In this document: positions 18,951 to 27,957 of the stretch, in pieces
Position numbering within the stretch: the first letter of the stretch is position 1
Layout: every line of letters starts with the position of its first letter
Assembly (NCBI GenBank): GCA_002423205.1
Contig: DIUZ01000002.1
Span: forward strand, 65,409-129,408
DNA from: Micavibrio sp. UBA6145
Lineage (GTDB): Bacteria > Pseudomonadota > Alphaproteobacteria > Micavibrionales > UBA1664
Reading direction: 5' to 3'
DNA: 64,000 bases
Notes under the pieces: model-generated
What the model was told of the DNA's origin: nothing
Seen by the model: only the letters and a program-made list of their open reading frames with translations
The model's database searches: none
Position numbers and translations under genes: made by a program

Positions 18951-19559
18951 GTGAGCTATATCGAGCAATCCATCACCGGTAATGAAAAAGTGCTCGTGAT
19001 CGGGCGCTTTCACTGGATCTACATGGCCGGTGCCCTGTTCTGGCTGATCTTCGGCCTCATCGGCTGCCTGATCGTTCTGGGCTTTGGCATGTGGTGGAAG
19101 GTTCATAGCGGCATGAATATCCTCTATCCCAATCTGCCCGCGCATATGTTCTGGCAGGGCTGGTCCGCCGTCGTCGAAGCGCAGGGCGGGTATGTGACCG
19201 CCATCCGTGACATCAACACCTATGTGCGCCTTGGTGCGTTCGGATTTCTTGTTCTGGGCATGCTTTTGTTTGCACACATGATGGTCATCCGTGCAACCAC
19301 GGAAATCGCTGTGACCACCCAGCGTCTGGTCATCAAGGAAGGCGTCATAGCCCGGCATGTTGATGAAATGAACATCGATCGTATTGAATCCGTCCATGTC
19401 ACCCAGTCGGTGCTGGGCCGCATGCTGAATTTCGGCACCGTCATGGTGCGCGGCATGGGGGTGGGCGAAATCGTCCTGCCGCCTTTGGCCGAACCTGTGA
19501 ATTTCCGCAACGCCATCGAGCGCGCCCGCGAGACACAGGTCGAAAGGCGTCACGGATGA
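18951..19559 (+). CDS. Membrane protein with bacterial PH (bPH_2/YdbT-like) domain
   Basis: GTG start. There are two TM pairs. The C-terminal region reads TTQRLVIKEGVIARHVDEMNIDRIESVHVTQSVLGRMLNFGTVMV. Confidence 0.7.
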   Translation: MSYIEQSITGNEKVLVIGRFHWIYMAGALFWLIFGLIGCLIVLGFGMWWKVHSGMNILYPNLPAHMFWQGWSAVVEAQGGYVTAIRDINTYVRLGAFGFLVLGMLLFAHMMVIRATTEIAVTTQRLVIKEGVIARHVDEMNIDRIESVHVTQSVLGRMLNFGTVMVRGMGVGEIVLPPLAEPVNFRNAIERARETQVERRHG

Positions 19560-21217
19560 AAATCATCGAAAAGTTTGAACACTACGTACCGGCCATTGCG
19601 GCCTTGTGCGGTTCTGTCCTGTTGTGCCTGATCGTCCTGGGCGGCGGCAAACCGGTGGAGGCGCAGACTATTCAATCCACCGGCACCACGGTCGAGGCCA
19701 CCTTGCGCGACTTTTACGCCGCGCGTGATTTCAAACCCCTCTGGACGGGCAAAGGCGGCGGCTTTACCAGCCATGCGTCCCGCATCCCCGCCATTCTGGA
19801 CGGTGCCAGGGCGCACGGCCTTGACCCTGAAACCTATGGCGTATCGCAAATGCGCGCGATGCTGGGCGCTGAAAAACCGGTCGACGCCAATGGCTGGAAA
19901 CAGGCTGAGCTGTACTGGAGCTATAATATATGGGCCTATGCTTCCGACCTGATGGGCCAGAAGGCCGATGCCACGACCCTGTCCCGCGTGGTTGCAGGCA
20001 ACATCACCGACAGACTGTCCTCGCTGGCACCGGATACGCCTTTGTACCGCGATCTGCAGGAACGCCTGGCCCGCGCGGACGCGCATATGCCAAGCCCGGA
20101 CGACCAGCGCCTGAGCTTTGGCCGCACCTTCAAACCCGGCATGAGCAGTGCCGCCGTACCGTCGCTGCGTGCCCGCATGGTTGCTTACGGTGCCACGCCC
20201 AAAGACACGGCCGACGATATATATGACGAAGATCTGGCCAAGGCCGTCAGCCGCTTCCAGACCGAACATGTCCTTGATAACGATGGCACCATCGGTCCCA
20301 TGACGCTGGGCATCCTCAACCGCGCCCCGTCGGACGAACGCCCGCAGATCCTGGCCAATCTCCAGCGCCTGCGCGAACCGCATCGCCGCATGCGCGAAGA
20401 CCGCCGCATCGATGTCTCCATCGCCAGCTACCAGCTCACCGCCTATGACGACGGCCAGCCGGTGATGACCATGCCGGTCGTGGTCGGCCAGCCCCGCCGC
20501 CAGACCATTTCCTTCCGCACCGAGATCACGGGCGTGCGCATAAACCCGACATGGACGGTGCCGACTACGATCAAGAAACAGGACATCATTCCGCAGCTTC
20601 TGACCGATCCGGCCAAAATGGTGCGCAAACATAATGTGAAATTGTTCAAGGACGGGCAGGCGCTCGACCCGCAATCCGTCGACTGGTCGCAATGGACCCC
20701 GCATGAATTGATGCAGGTCCGTTTCACCGCGCCGTCAGGTGACAGCAACCCGCTGGGCCGTTACCGCGTGATCATGGAGAACCCGTATGACATCTATCTC
20801 CACGATACCAACCACAAAGAATTATTCGATATTTCCATGCGCGCCCAGTCCTCGGGCTGCGTCCGGGTGGCCCGTCCGGACGATCTGGCCGATTTCATCC
20901 TGGGGACGAAGAAAGACTGGAATCGGCAGAAAACCGCCAATCTGGTGGCCAGTAACCGGACCGCAGATGTGATTATAGAAAATAAAATACCTATTTATCT
21001 TGACTACGTGACCGCATGGTTTAATGATCGCCGCCAGTTAGTACTTGGGCCGGACATTTACGGCCTGGATAAACCCCGGTACGATGCTTTGACTAAGAAC
21101 GCACTAACAACCCAAAGGAACGCCCAGAAGATCCTAACGCGAGTGTCGGACATTATTGAACCCGCACTCAAGGAAGCTCAGCACGGGGAAGCGGTTCTAA
21201 CCCACACTACAAACTAA
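19556..21217 (+). CDS. L,D-transpeptidase, YcbB/LdtD-like, with PG-binding domain
   Basis: Contains a PG_binding_1-like segment (LAKAVSRFQTEHVLDNDGTIGPMTL) and the YkuD catalytic motif HDTNHKELF...SSGCVRV. The ATG overlaps the upstream stop (ATGA at 19556). Confidence 0.88.
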   Translation: MKIIEKFEHYVPAIAALCGSVLLCLIVLGGGKPVEAQTIQSTGTTVEATLRDFYAARDFKPLWTGKGGGFTSHASRIPAILDGARAHGLDPETYGVSQMRAMLGAEKPVDANGWKQAELYWSYNIWAYASDLMGQKADATTLSRVVAGNITDRLSSLAPDTPLYRDLQERLARADAHMPSPDDQRLSFGRTFKPGMSSAAVPSLRARMVAYGATPKDTADDIYDEDLAKAVSRFQTEHVLDNDGTIGPMTLGILNRAPSDERPQILANLQRLREPHRRMREDRRIDVSIASYQLTAYDDGQPVMTMPVVVGQPRRQTISFRTEITGVRINPTWTVPTTIKKQDIIPQLLTDPAKMVRKHNVKLFKDGQALDPQSVDWSQWTPHELMQVRFTAPSGDSNPLGRYRVIMENPYDIYLHDTNHKELFDISMRAQSSGCVRVARPDDLADFILGTKKDWNRQKTANLVASNRTADVIIENKIPIYLDYVTAWFNDRRQLVLGPDIYGLDKPRYDALTKNALTTQRNAQKILTRVSDIIEPALKEAQHGEAVLTHTTN

Positions 21218-21264
21218 TACGCTTCAGAAGTACGACTTGTTCCAACAAGAGTAAGAGATTTGTA

Positions 21265-21822
21265 ATGAAGAATTTTTTAACGCGTAGAAAACTGCTGAAA
21301 GTTGGCCTCGCCGGGTTTGCCGGTATCGCCGCCAGCTTCGCCGGTATCCTGCCCGCAGCCGCACGCGAAACCATCGGCTACACGATTTCGATTAAAAACG
21401 CCCACACCGGCGAAGTTTTCAAAGGTGTCTACCGCGTCGGCGGATACTACGTCCCCCGCGCTTTCCGCCAGATCAACCACATCATGCGCGACCACTACAA
21501 CGGCGACGCGCACCCGATCGACCCCCGCCTGGTCGACGTGCTGGCCAAACTGCAAAAACGCTGCGATTGCTCGGAACCGCTGACGGTGCTCTCGGGCTAC
21601 CGTTCCCCGGCCACCAACGCCATGCTGCGCCGTTCATCCGGCAATGTTGCCCAGAATTCCTATCACATGAAGGGTCAGGCCGCTGATATCCGCGTTCCGG
21701 GCTCGCCTGCTTCAACCGTCCGCCAGGTCGCGCTGACGCTGGCTGCCGGTGGCGTCGGTTACTATCCGCGCCGCGAATTCATCCACGTCGATACCGGCGA
21801 TGTCCGTCACTGGACTGCCTAA
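21265..21822 (+). CDS. DUF882 / peptidase M15A (YcbK/MepK-like) with Tat-type signal
   Basis: An RRKLLKVGLAG twin-arginine leader is present, together with SGYRSPATN...SYHMKGQAADIRVPG...FIHVD. Confidence 0.85.
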   Translation: MKNFLTRRKLLKVGLAGFAGIAASFAGILPAAARETIGYTISIKNAHTGEVFKGVYRVGGYYVPRAFRQINHIMRDHYNGDAHPIDPRLVDVLAKLQKRCDCSEPLTVLSGYRSPATNAMLRRSSGNVAQNSYHMKGQAADIRVPGSPASTVRQVALTLAAGGVGYYPRREFIHVDTGDVRHWTA

Positions 21823-21846
21823 GCTTTGAAATCAGGTTTCATGAAT

Positions 21847-21871
21847 AAGGCCCCGATCCAACGGGGCTTTT
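21847..21871 (+). terminator. Intrinsic terminator
   Basis: GCCCCG-ATCCAA-CGGGGC followed by TTTTT. Confidence 0.75.
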
Positions 21872-22552
21872 TCATTTTGCGGTATAGGGCTGGCTGGGGC
21901 AGATCGGCGCGGGTCCCTGGCGCAGTTCGTTCTTCCACTCATACAAGGTCACACGCCACGGCATGGGATCATGCGCAGGCTCCGGAATGAAATGGTGCAG
22001 GGTGGCGTTCGGCGTAAACAGATTGCGGTCGAGCACGTCATGCATGACCTGAAACGAATGAAATACGCCGCCATGGGTGACGAACAGCACCCGTTCGCTG
22101 GTGTGCGCGTTTAAATGACGGGTCATGGCCGCGCGGATACGCGCGCTGAACTGGCGTCTGCTTTCGCCGCCCCGGGGCACGGCATCCGGATCGCCGCGCA
22201 AATGCGGGAAGACCTTGTCCCATGGTTGTTGTTCCCATTCGCCCATCATGTGCTCGCGCAGTTCGTTGTCGCCAAGAACGGGTAATTTCAGCGCTGCGTT
22301 CATGATCGCCGTGGTTTCCCGCGTGCGGTTCATGTCGGAATGGATGATCAGGGACGGGCGGCTGTCAGCCGGCATCGCGTCCAGAACCTGCGCCGCAATA
22401 TGCGCCTGCCGGCGGCCTTCGTCGTTTAATACGGTATCAACCCCGCCGCCACAGGTCAGGCGACGCGCGTTCATCACGGTCTCGCCGTGCCTGATCATGA
22501 AGAACGGTGTTGCGGGAAGGATAGGGTCAGGTTTTGATGATGGGGATGCCAT
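21872..22552 (-). CDS. Histidine phosphatase family protein (phosphoglycerate-mutase-like)
   Basis: FFMIRHGETVMN (RHG motif) appears early and ...VTHGGV appears late. The tracked start is a TTG at 22561; the first ATG is at 22552. Either start overlaps the 3' end of the PIN gene. Confidence 0.8.
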   Translation of the reverse strand: MASPSSKPDPILPATPFFMIRHGETVMNARRLTCGGGVDTVLNDEGRRQAHIAAQVLDAMPADSRPSLIIHSDMNRTRETTAIMNAALKLPVLGDNELREHMMGEWEQQPWDKVFPHLRGDPDAVPRGGESRRQFSARIRAAMTRHLNAHTSERVLFVTHGGVFHSFQVMHDVLDRNLFTPNATLHHFIPEPAHDPMPWRVTLYEWKNELRQGPAPICPSQPYTAK

Positions 22553-22907
22553 AGGCGTCAAAATAGGGGGTGGATGTGATGATTGTAAGCCCGTTTATAG
22601 CCGCCTGAGCCAATAAAAGCCGGTCATACGGGTCGGTATGGTGGTAAGGCAGGCGCAGGGTCTTCCACGTGACCTCCGGCGTCAGGTCCAGCACTTCAAG
22701 ACCTGATTTTGCCACCATTTCAGGCAAATTATCGGGTGTCTTGGCCTTTTTCATGGCCTTTTTGACCGCAATTTCAAAGAAACTGGCCGCCGATACCATG
22801 ATTCTGGCGTCATTATCGGCAAAAACGGCCTTTGTGGGGTCATTTAAGCTATCAAAATCGCTCAAAAACCGTAAAAGTACCGATGTATCCAGCAAATATC
22901 CGGTCAT
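22527..22907 (-). CDS. vapC: PIN-domain toxin (VapC-like)
   Basis: 126 aa, beginning MTGYLLDTSVLL with the acidic residues typical of PIN. It overlaps the upstream antitoxin gene by 4 nt. Confidence 0.85.
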   Translation of the reverse strand: MTGYLLDTSVLLRFLSDFDSLNDPTKAVFADNDARIMVSAASFFEIAVKKAMKKAKTPDNLPEMVAKSGLEVLDLTPEVTWKTLRLPYHHTDPYDRLLLAQAAINGLTIITSTPYFDAYGIPIIKT

Positions 22908-23128
22908 TTCTTGATCCCGAATGCGCTGCCATCAGGCGTATCGAAATCATCCGACATCCAGATTTCGCCCTTCAGAAGATTGCCCTTACGCTTTTTGGAT
23001 CGCCCCGCCGGGGTGATCCGCGCCACCGGCGTCCCGGCCCGGCACAGCAACACTTCGCCGCCGTCCTCCTCAAGCCCGGCAACAAGCTTTGACAGATTGG
23101 TCTTGGCGGCATGAATATTGACTTTCAT
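22904..23128 (-). CDS. Type II antitoxin (Phd/YefM-like N-terminus)
   Basis: 74 aa: MKVNIHAAKTNLSKLV...EVLLCRAGTPVARI. It has ATGA coupling to the PIN gene. Confidence 0.8.
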   Translation of the reverse strand: MKVNIHAAKTNLSKLVAGLEEDGGEVLLCRAGTPVARITPAGRSKKRKGNLLKGEIWMSDDFDTPDGSAFGIKK

Positions 23129-23131
23129 AGA

Positions 23132-23154
23132 CTAAGCTTAGCTTAGCTAATTAG
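23132..23154. promoter_or_regulatory. Overlapping short palindromes immediately upstream of the antitoxin start (candidate autoregulatory operator)
   Basis: CTAAGCTTAG (23132-23141), TTAGCTAA (23143-23150) and CTAATTAG (23147-23154). Confidence 0.35.
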
Positions 23155-23203
23155 ATAACACAAGACAGGCCAGACAGGCCCGAATCGGTGCATAAAGACA
23201 CCC

Positions 23204-23932
23204 ATGGAACGATGGACGGATCAGGGGATAGTGATTGGCGTGCGCCCGCATGGTGAAGGCGGGGCGGTGGCATCCGTCCTGACCGCAAACCATGGTCGCC
23301 ATGCCGGTTATATCTATGGCGGCGCAAGCAGCCAGCGCCTGCGCGCCAGCCTCCAGCCCGGCACCATCATCGACGCCGAATGGTCGGCCAAAAGCGTTGA
23401 ACAACTGGGCACACTGTCCATCAGCGACGCACAGGGCATCAACGCCGCATGGCTGGATGACGCGGCGGCGCTCTGCGCGCTTCAATCCGTCTGTGTCCTG
23501 ATCGAACGCAGCGTGCCTGAACGCGAACCGCATCCGCGTTTATACGCGGGAACGCAGGCATTCCTTGATTGTCTGGGCCTGAACCGCGAAGTCTGGGGTG
23601 CTGCCATCGTCTTCTGGGAACTGGCCCTGCTGCGCGAAATGGGCTTTGGTCTCGACCTGTCCAAATGCGTGGTCACCGGCAATACCGAAGACCTTCACTA
23701 TGTCAGTCCCAAATCCGGCGGCGCGGTCAGCGTGTCCGGTGCCGGCGCATACAAGGACCGGCTTCTGCCGCTGCCCGGCTTCCTGCGCGGGGAAGGGAAT
23801 GCGACACCGGAAGACATCGCCGCCGGCCTGAAATTATCCGGCCATTTCATCGAGCACCGGCTGTTCGCCCACACCACCTTCGATATGCCCGAGGCGCGGC
23901 TGCGCCTGCCGGAATTCTTTATAACGCCATAA
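23204..23932 (+). CDS. recO: DNA repair protein RecO
   Basis: MERWTDQGIVIGVRPHGEGGAVASVLT...GRHAGYIYGG, the RecO OB-fold N-terminus. 242 aa. Confidence 0.88.
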   Translation: MERWTDQGIVIGVRPHGEGGAVASVLTANHGRHAGYIYGGASSQRLRASLQPGTIIDAEWSAKSVEQLGTLSISDAQGINAAWLDDAAALCALQSVCVLIERSVPEREPHPRLYAGTQAFLDCLGLNREVWGAAIVFWELALLREMGFGLDLSKCVVTGNTEDLHYVSPKSGGAVSVSGAGAYKDRLLPLPGFLRGEGNATPEDIAAGLKLSGHFIEHRLFAHTTFDMPEARLRLPEFFITP

Positions 23933-23974
23933 AGCGCTTGGTTTTATGGGCTTTTAACGCTAAACACGACAACC

Positions 23975-26218
23975 ATGGCCAAGAAAAACGACACCATCCG
24001 CGACAACCCCGGCAACATCGTTGAGCAGGCGCTGACGGAAATCCTGTCCCAGCGTTACCTCGCCTACGCCATGTCGACCATCACGTCCCGTTCGCTGCCC
24101 GATGTGCGCGACGGTCTCAAACCCGTCCACCGCCGCTTGCTCTACGCGATGCAGCAGTTGAATCTCAAGGCGCATCTCGGCCCCAAAAAATCCGCCCGCG
24201 TCGTCGGTGACGTCATCGGTAAATACCACCCGCACGGTGACCAGTCGGTTTACGACGCGCTGGTGCGCCTGGCGCAGGACTTCGCCGTCCGTTATCCGCT
24301 GGTCGATGGCCAGGGCAATTTCGGCAATATCGACGGCGATAACGCCGCCGCCATGCGATACACCGAAGCACGCCTGACGGTCGTGGCCGAGCTTCTGATG
24401 GACGGTCTCGACGACGACGCCGTTGATTTCCGCCCGACCTATGATGGTGAACAATCCGAACCCATCGTCATGCCCGCCGGTTTCCCGAACCTTCTGGCCA
24501 ACGGATCATCCGGCATTGCTGTCGGCATGGCCACCAACATCCCCCCGCACAACGTCGCCGAACTATGCGAGGCAATGGAAGCCATGATCGACGGCGATCC
24601 GTCGATCGCCGATATCATCAAAATGGTGCCGGGCCCCGACTTCCCGACGGGCGGTACGCTGGTCGAAGACCGCGCCACCATTATCGATGCCTATACCAAG
24701 GGCCGCGGGTCCTTCCGCCTGCGTGCGAAATGGGAAACCGAAGAACTTAAAGGCGGCGCATGGCAGATTGTCGTGACGCAGATGCCGTATCAGGTGCAAA
24801 AGGCCAAGCTGGTCGAAGATATTGCCAACCTGATCACCAATAAAAAAATCTCCACGCTGGATGACGTTCGCGATGAATCCGCCGAAGACGTGCGCCTCGT
24901 GCTGGTGCCGAAATCGCGCAACATCGAAGCCGCGCTTTTGATGGAACAACTGTTCCGTTCATCCGATCTTGAAATCCGCTTCGGCCTGAACATGAACGTT
25001 CTGGAAGGCGGTCGCACGCCGCGCGTCCTGAACATCAAGGAAGCCCTGCAGTCATTCCTGAACCACCGTCAGGAAGTGCTGGTTCGCCGCTCGAAAAACC
25101 GCCTTGGCATCGTCGAAAACCGCATCGAAATTCTTGCGGGTTACCTGATCACCTATCTGAACCTGGATAAGGTCATCAAAATTATCCGCACCGAAGACGA
25201 ACCCAAACCTGTGCTGATGAAGGCGTTCAAGCTGACCGAAGTGCAGGCCGACGCCATCCTCAACATGCGCCTGCGTTCTTTGCGCAAGCTTGAGGAAATG
25301 GAACTCAAGACCGAGAACACCAAGCTTCTGGAAGAAAAATCCGAACTCGAAGCCCTGCTGGGCAGCGAACGCCGCCAGTGGACCGTCATCAAGAAACAGA
25401 TTCAGGCGCTGGGCAAACAATTCAGCAAAGACACGGCCCTCGGCGCACGCCGCACCAAGATGGGCAAACCGTCCCAGATCCAGATCGTCAGCGAAGAACA
25501 GTTCATCGAAAAAGAACCAGTCACGCTGGTCTGCTCGACCCAGGGCTGGATCCGCGCCATGAAGGGCCATGATCTGAACCCCAACGATTTCAAGCACAAG
25601 GAAGGCGACGAAAACCGTTTCGTCATCCCGTGCCAGACCACCGACAAGATCGTCATCTTTGCATCCAACGGCCGTTCCTACACGCTGGGTGCGGACAAAC
25701 TGCCCTCGGGCCGCGGTTTTGGTGAACCCGTGCGCCTGATGATCGATATGCCCGCGCATGACGACATCATTTCCATCTATATCTATAACGAAAAAGACCG
25801 TTACCTGATTGCCGGCGACGATGGGCGTGGCTTTGTCGTCAAGGCACCGGACACGATGGCCCAAACCAAAAACGGCAAGATCATCCTCAACGTGGACGAG
25901 GGGCATTCCGCCGTCGTCACATGGAAGATCAAACCGACGGACGATCATGTTGCTGTTGTGGGTTCAAACCGTAAATTGCTGGTCTTCCCGCTGGCCGACG
26001 TGCCCGAAATGGGCCGCGGCAAGGGCGTCGCATTGCAGAAATACAATGGCGGCAAACTCTCGGATGCCATCACCTTCAACATGAAGGAAGGCATGCCCTT
26101 CACCGAAGGCCGCAGCACGGCCCGCACGCACAACATGAAGCTGTGGTCCGCCGCACGGGCAAGCCAGGGTAAAACCCCGCCCGAAGGCTTCCGTTCGGAC
26201 AATAAATTTAAAGTGTAA
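23975..26218 (+). CDS. parC: DNA topoisomerase IV subunit A
   Basis: The translation shows [24 protein letters not shown] and [10 protein letters not shown]. It is 747 aa and has no GyrA box that I can see, which favours ParC. Confidence 0.9.
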   Translation: MAKKNDTIRDNPGNIVEQALTEILSQRYLAYAMSTITSRSLPDVRDGLKPVHRRLLYAMQQLNLKAHLGPKKSARVVGDVIGKYHPHGDQSVYDALVRLAQDFAVRYPLVDGQGNFGNIDGDNAAAMRYTEARLTVVAELLMDGLDDDAVDFRPTYDGEQSEPIVMPAGFPNLLANGSSGIAVGMATNIPPHNVAELCEAMEAMIDGDPSIADIIKMVPGPDFPTGGTLVEDRATIIDAYTKGRGSFRLRAKWETEELKGGAWQIVVTQMPYQVQKAKLVEDIANLITNKKISTLDDVRDESAEDVRLVLVPKSRNIEAALLMEQLFRSSDLEIRFGLNMNVLEGGRTPRVLNIKEALQSFLNHRQEVLVRRSKNRLGIVENRIEILAGYLITYLNLDKVIKIIRTEDEPKPVLMKAFKLTEVQADAILNMRLRSLRKLEEMELKTENTKLLEEKSELEALLGSERRQWTVIKKQIQALGKQFSKDTALGARRTKMGKPSQIQIVSEEQFIEKEPVTLVCSTQGWIRAMKGHDLNPNDFKHKEGDENRFVIPCQTTDKIVIFASNGRSYTLGADKLPSGRGFGEPVRLMIDMPAHDDIISIYIYNEKDRYLIAGDDGRGFVVKAPDTMAQTKNGKIILNVDEGHSAVVTWKIKPTDDHVAVVGSNRKLLVFPLADVPEMGRGKGVALQKYNGGKLSDAITFNMKEGMPFTEGRSTARTHNMKLWSAARASQGKTPPEGFRSDNKFKV

Positions 26219-27061
26219 TCAAATCTGGCGCGGGGCCGGATAGGCCTTCGTCCGGTCGACGCGTAACAGGCGAAACTGCGCCTTGTTCTCAATGCGCGTC
26301 CATTGCCCGTCTATCAGGCAATCCATCGGCAAAAACTTGTCTTTCCAGCTATAGGCCGACGGCTTGCGCGTGATCGACGCCATGTACAGGTGCTCGAAAC
26401 CCCGTTCCTGCAAATGCTCGATGATCTTCATGATCAGCGTAATGCCCGGTGTTTTTGCGCGTGCCGCGGGTTCGTAAAAGAACGCGGTCGCATAGGCAAA
26501 ATCCTGCGCGGTGTGGAAAATGGCACTGGCCAGCAATTTTCCATGTTCGCCGCGCATATCCATATGCTGGGCGTTCATGCCGGGCATGCGTTCAAAATCC
26601 AGCAGGAAACTGGATGCTTCGTGATCCGTATGTGGCGTATCCGGCAGATCGGGAAAACGGAATTTCATGTACTTGCGGTACAGAGTCGCATGTTCGTAAG
26701 GAATGTCCGTTTCATAAGGGCCGCTGATACCCTCATGCACACTGAAAGAAAGACCCGCATTGCGCGTGAATACGCGCCGTAAATCCGTGTTCGGACGAAA
26801 ACCCTGCACATCCACACGCATCGGTACGCACACATTGCAGTGACATTGCATATGAATGAAACTGCCCGGCACGGGCGTTGCACCTTTAAGCAGTTGTTGT
26901 TTTGCAAATGCCGCATCCGCCGTGACTTCGCCTGGCAAGGGCGGCGCATCCTGACGATGGAGCGGTTCAAGAATAAGGAACAGCATCACCATCGGCTTAT
27001 CCACGGCCGCGATGTTGCAGTGTGGAATGACAGCGCGGTGTATCGATGTTGTGGATCTCAT
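26219..27061 (-). CDS. Bpt/ATE-like putative aminoacyl-tRNA-protein transferase paralogue B
   Basis: 280 aa. It has a Cys cluster (CHCNVCVPMRV), RRVFTRNA, YATAFFYEPAARAKTPG and FEHLYM...PSAYSWKDKFLPMDCLIDGQW. The ATG overlaps the stop of paralogue A (ATGA at 27058-27061). Confidence 0.6.
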   Translation of the reverse strand: MRSTTSIHRAVIPHCNIAAVDKPMVMLFLILEPLHRQDAPPLPGEVTADAAFAKQQLLKGATPVPGSFIHMQCHCNVCVPMRVDVQGFRPNTDLRRVFTRNAGLSFSVHEGISGPYETDIPYEHATLYRKYMKFRFPDLPDTPHTDHEASSFLLDFERMPGMNAQHMDMRGEHGKLLASAIFHTAQDFAYATAFFYEPAARAKTPGITLIMKIIEHLQERGFEHLYMASITRKPSAYSWKDKFLPMDCLIDGQWTRIENKAQFRLLRVDRTKAYPAPRQI

Positions 27062-27918
27062 GAAATCCTTTGGCCGTGCGGCGCGGGATAGCCCTTCGTC
27101 GGATCGACACGCAAGCCACGGAAATCACCTTTGCCGTTAAAACGCTGCCATTTACCGTCGATCAGAAGATCCATCGGGGTCAGCTGGTCCTTCCAGCTAT
27201 AGGCAGACGGCACACGGCTGACGACGCCCAGATACTGATGTTCGAAAGCCTGTTCGCGTAAATGTGCGATGACATGCAGGGTCAGCGCCATGCCGATACT
27301 GTTCTGGCGCAGCGCCGGGTCATAAAAAAATGCTGTCGCATATGATGATTTTTCAGTGACATGAAAGACATTGCAGCCGCGCAAAACCCCTTTTTCATCG
27401 CGCAGATTGAGATGCATGGCATCCATGCCGGGGAATGCACCAAGGTTTTTTAAAGCTGTCTTGGCTTCAGTTATATTGCGCGGTGTGTCGTTCCCGCCTG
27501 GAAAACGCGCCTGCATATGGTTCATATACAATTGCGCATGTTCGGTATCATGCATTTTGACAAAAGGGGGAACGCCTTTGTGTATGGTTACATCAAGATG
27601 TGCATTGCGGGCCATGACGCGGCGATGTTCAGACGCAAAATGAAAATCCTGAATCACCACACGCATCGGCACGCATATGCTGCACGGGCATGCCAGCCGC
27701 GTGAAGCTGCCGGGGCTGGGCCATGCGCCGTCTTTCATGCGCTGCACGGCATACTCCGGCGTAACATCAAGAACCGCGCGGTGCGTGAGTGTCGGCGACG
27801 CGAATGATACGGCATCAAACTGCGTGCTCAGCAGGGTGTATTCACGCGTTTCCCTCTGGTCCTCGGCGATGGAACAGCTCTTGGGTTTGCTGAGATGGAA
27901 TTCGGCACGCACACGCAT
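27058..27918 (-). CDS. Bpt/ATE-like putative aminoacyl-tRNA-protein transferase paralogue A
   Basis: 286 aa. It has CPCSICVPMRV, RRVMARNA, YATAFFYDPALRQNSIG and FEHQYLG...PSAYSWKDQLTPMDLLIDGKW. The start is uncertain because there is no obvious SD. Confidence 0.6.
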   Translation of the reverse strand: MRVRAEFHLSKPKSCSIAEDQRETREYTLLSTQFDAVSFASPTLTHRAVLDVTPEYAVQRMKDGAWPSPGSFTRLACPCSICVPMRVVIQDFHFASEHRRVMARNAHLDVTIHKGVPPFVKMHDTEHAQLYMNHMQARFPGGNDTPRNITEAKTALKNLGAFPGMDAMHLNLRDEKGVLRGCNVFHVTEKSSYATAFFYDPALRQNSIGMALTLHVIAHLREQAFEHQYLGVVSRVPSAYSWKDQLTPMDLLIDGKWQRFNGKGDFRGLRVDPTKGYPAPHGQRIS

Positions 27919-27957
27919 CCGGGCAGATTAAAGTCCCGCATGCTTTTTCGTCAATTT

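Noticed and set aside
17739-20704. Long minus-strand ORFs (388 aa and 384 aa) opposite pfk, the bPH gene and the L,D-transpeptidase
   Set aside because: They are antisense shadow ORFs with R/G/A/H/D-rich, repeat-free, motif-free translations. The plus-strand genes have clear family signatures.
20940-21264. The A/T-richer 3' end of the L,D-transpeptidase gene as a foreign insertion or gene fusion
   Set aside because: The translation across the shift still encodes the family's conserved C-terminal block (IPIYLDYVTAWFN...LVLGPDIYGLD). The composition change is therefore inside a native gene, and only the last ~45 aa are a non-conserved tail.
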